In this document: piece by piece, positions 4,593-5,687 of the stretch | Position numbering within the stretch: the stretch's first letter is position 1 | How the letters are laid out: each line of letters begins with the position of its first letter | Virus record (IMG/VR): IMGVR_UViG_3300045988_000173 | Span: 1-5,687 of that record | Source of the DNA: a virus | Strand: one strand, 5' to 3' | DNA length: 5,687 bases | Made by a program: the position numbers and the translations under genes | The notes under the pieces: generated by a model | What the model was told of the DNA's origin: nothing | The model's input: the letters and a program-made list of their open reading frames with translations, nothing else | Databases searched by the model: none

Positions 4593-5687
4593 ACCGAAAC
4601 GCTGAGCAGCATTACAACCAAGTGCCTCATGCAAACGTACCGCGTGCGAGATTCAAGCGAGATTATAGCCTGCTAACGACCATGAACGAGGGCGATCTGG
4701 TCCCGATCTACTGTGACGAAGTACTGCCGGCAGACACGGCAAAAATCGACCTCAATGCACTTATGCGCATGAGCACTCCGCTGTATCCTGTCATGGATAA
4801 CTGTTACTGTGACTTTTACTTCTTCTTCGTACCGTCGCGGCTGCTGTGGGAGCACTTCGAAAACCTCATGGGCCAGAACGACTCGACCTTCTGGGCCGAA
4901 AAAGTAGAGTACACGACTCCGAAAACGACCGCACCAAGTGGCGGCTGGAACGTGGGCACGCTGGCGGATTACTTCGGCATACCGACCGGAATAGAAAACC
5001 TTCAGGTGAACAGCTTACCTTTCAGAGCATATGCCAAAATCTGGAACGAGTGGTTCAGAGACGAAAACCTGCAGCAGCCTGTCACGATGAGCAAAACGGA
5101 CGCCACGACCGCAGGAAGCAACGCAGGAACGGCACTGACGGACGCCGAAGCCGGAGGACTGCCGCTCAAAGTCTGTAAATACAAGGACTACTTTACAAGC
5201 TGCCTGCCGAATCCTCAGAAAGGCGAGACTGTGACACTGCCGATGACAGGAGCAGCACCGATTTATGGATACGGCACAGCAAGCCTCAAGGAAAAACTGG
5301 ACAACGAAGACCTAGAATTGATAACAAGCTTCATACCTAACTTTGCAGGCATAAACGGAGATGATACAAGCGGAGCGAAACCAGCGCAGGTATACACCGA
5401 AAAAGACGATAGTCTGCACCCAGTACTTGGAGCAGACATGAGCAACGTAACGGCCGCGACCGTCAACGAACTCCGACAGGCTATCGCAGTGCAGCACATC
5501 TTAGAGAGGGATGCACGAACCGGCACACGGTACAAAGAAATCCTGAAAGGAGCTTGGGGCGTCACCAGTCCGGATGCACGACTTGACCGATCGGAATACA
5601 TCGGCGGGTATCGACTGCCTATCAACATCAATCAAGTCATTCAGACGTCCAGCACAGACTCGACGAGTCCACAGGGTAACACTGCAG
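4589..5687 (+). CDS. VP1: Major capsid protein (Microviridae F/VP1), N-terminal part; continues through the circular junction into 1..579
   Basis: ATG 4589 overlaps the VP3 stop (ATGA, 4589-4592). Hand translation is open to the window end: MNRNAEQHYNQVPHANVPRARFKRDYSLLTTMNEGDLVPIYCDEVLPADT..MDNCYCDFYFFFVPSRLLWEHF..LPFRAYAKIWNEWFRDENLQ..KYKDYFTSCLP..VNELRQAIAVQHILERDARTGTRYKEILKGAWGV..DRSEYIGG. These are typical microvirus capsid motifs. It is absent from the ORF track only because no stop falls inside the window. 5633 is equivalent to 1 and is a codon start, so it joins in frame to 1..579. Confidence 0.95.
   Translation, partial: MNRNAEQHYNQVPHANVPRARFKRDYSLLTTMNEGDLVPIYCDEVLPADTAKIDLNALMRMSTPLYPVMDNCYCDFYFFFVPSRLLWEHFENLMGQNDSTFWAEKVEYTTPKTTAPSGGWNVGTLADYFGIPTGIENLQVNSLPFRAYAKIWNEWFRDENLQQPVTMSKTDATTAGSNAGTALTDAEAGGLPLKVCKYKDYFTSCLPNPQKGETVTLPMTGAAPIYGYGTASLKEKLDNEDLELITSFIPNFAGINGDDTSGAKPAQVYTEKDDSLHPVLGADMSNVTAATVNELRQAIAVQHILERDARTGTRYKEILKGAWGVTSPDARLDRSEYIGGYRLPININQVIQTSSTDSTSPQGNTA
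5633..5687. repeat. Terminal direct repeat, copy 2 (identical to 1-55)
   Basis: Exact 55-nt match to the window start. It implies a circle of 5,632 nt. Confidence 0.95.

Noticed and set aside
110-5178. Overprinted + strand ORFs (110..340, 380..607, 1127..1363, 2576..2800, 4846..5178) as phiX174-style embedded genes (E/K/B-like)
   Set aside because: They have no SD or plausible start context and no transmembrane segment. Their Arg/Lys/Ser/Thr-rich composition is typical of off-frame reading. They cannot be formally excluded without comparative data.
576-5631. All minus-strand ORFs in the track (576..848, 646..984, 852..1055, 1144..1464, 2109..2369, 2373..2555, 2680..2907, 3031..3273, 3186..3398, 3411..3614, 4341..4634, 4673..4855, 5002..5184, 5263..5631, 5312..5497)
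   Set aside because: Most lie antisense to strongly supported + strand genes, and the rest run through + strand promoter and terminator signals. None has an SD. Their Cys/Leu/Val/Phe-rich composition is typical of antisense translation. Microviridae transcribe only one strand.
1-5687. tRNA, rRNA, CRISPR array or transposon/IS features
   Set aside because: There are no spaced repeat arrays, no cloverleaf-compatible segment with a T-loop motif, and no transposase or integrase ORF. The coding density is fully explained by the phage genes.

Overview
The window is a complete, circularly permuted genome of a small ssDNA phage of the family Microviridae with a gokushovirus-like gene set. Bases 1-55 recur exactly at 5633-5687, so the unique circle is 5,632 nt. 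All supportable genes are on the + strand, and most have strong AGGAGG-type Shine-Dalgarno sites. Going round the circle: major capsid protein VP1 (starts 4589, runs off the window end, finishes at 579, 540 aa in total; the track ORF 64..579 is only its C-terminus); pilot/minor capsid protein VP2 (592..1530); a consensus promoter plus a 65-aa ribbon-helix-helix-like protein (1603..1800); an 18-bp perfect stem-loop; HUH replication initiator VP4 (1896..3050); a GC-rich noncoding region with an intrinsic terminator. Then comes a second consensus promoter driving an unlisted 52-aa acidic ORF (3272..3430), a T15 tract, an unlisted 47-aa ORF (3595..3738), an unlisted 39-aa highly basic J-like DNA-packaging protein (3701..3820), a VP5-like protein (3833..4096) and scaffold protein VP3 (4077..4592). 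The core genes are ordinary for a microvirus. The parts worth a second look are: (i) a CopG-like RHH gene directly upstream of the Rep gene, as in rolling-circle plasmid copy-control circuits, with a repeated GTGTA motif confined to the two consensus promoters; (ii) a self-contained promoter / small acidic ORF / T-tract cassette resembling a phage moron; (iii) a T15 homopolymer inside a candidate promoter spacer; (iv) a 16-nt perfect direct repeat that encodes the same peptide in two different genes and reading frames. No tRNA, CRISPR array, integrase or recognisable lysis gene was seen. All homology statements rest on motif recognition by eye, not database searches.
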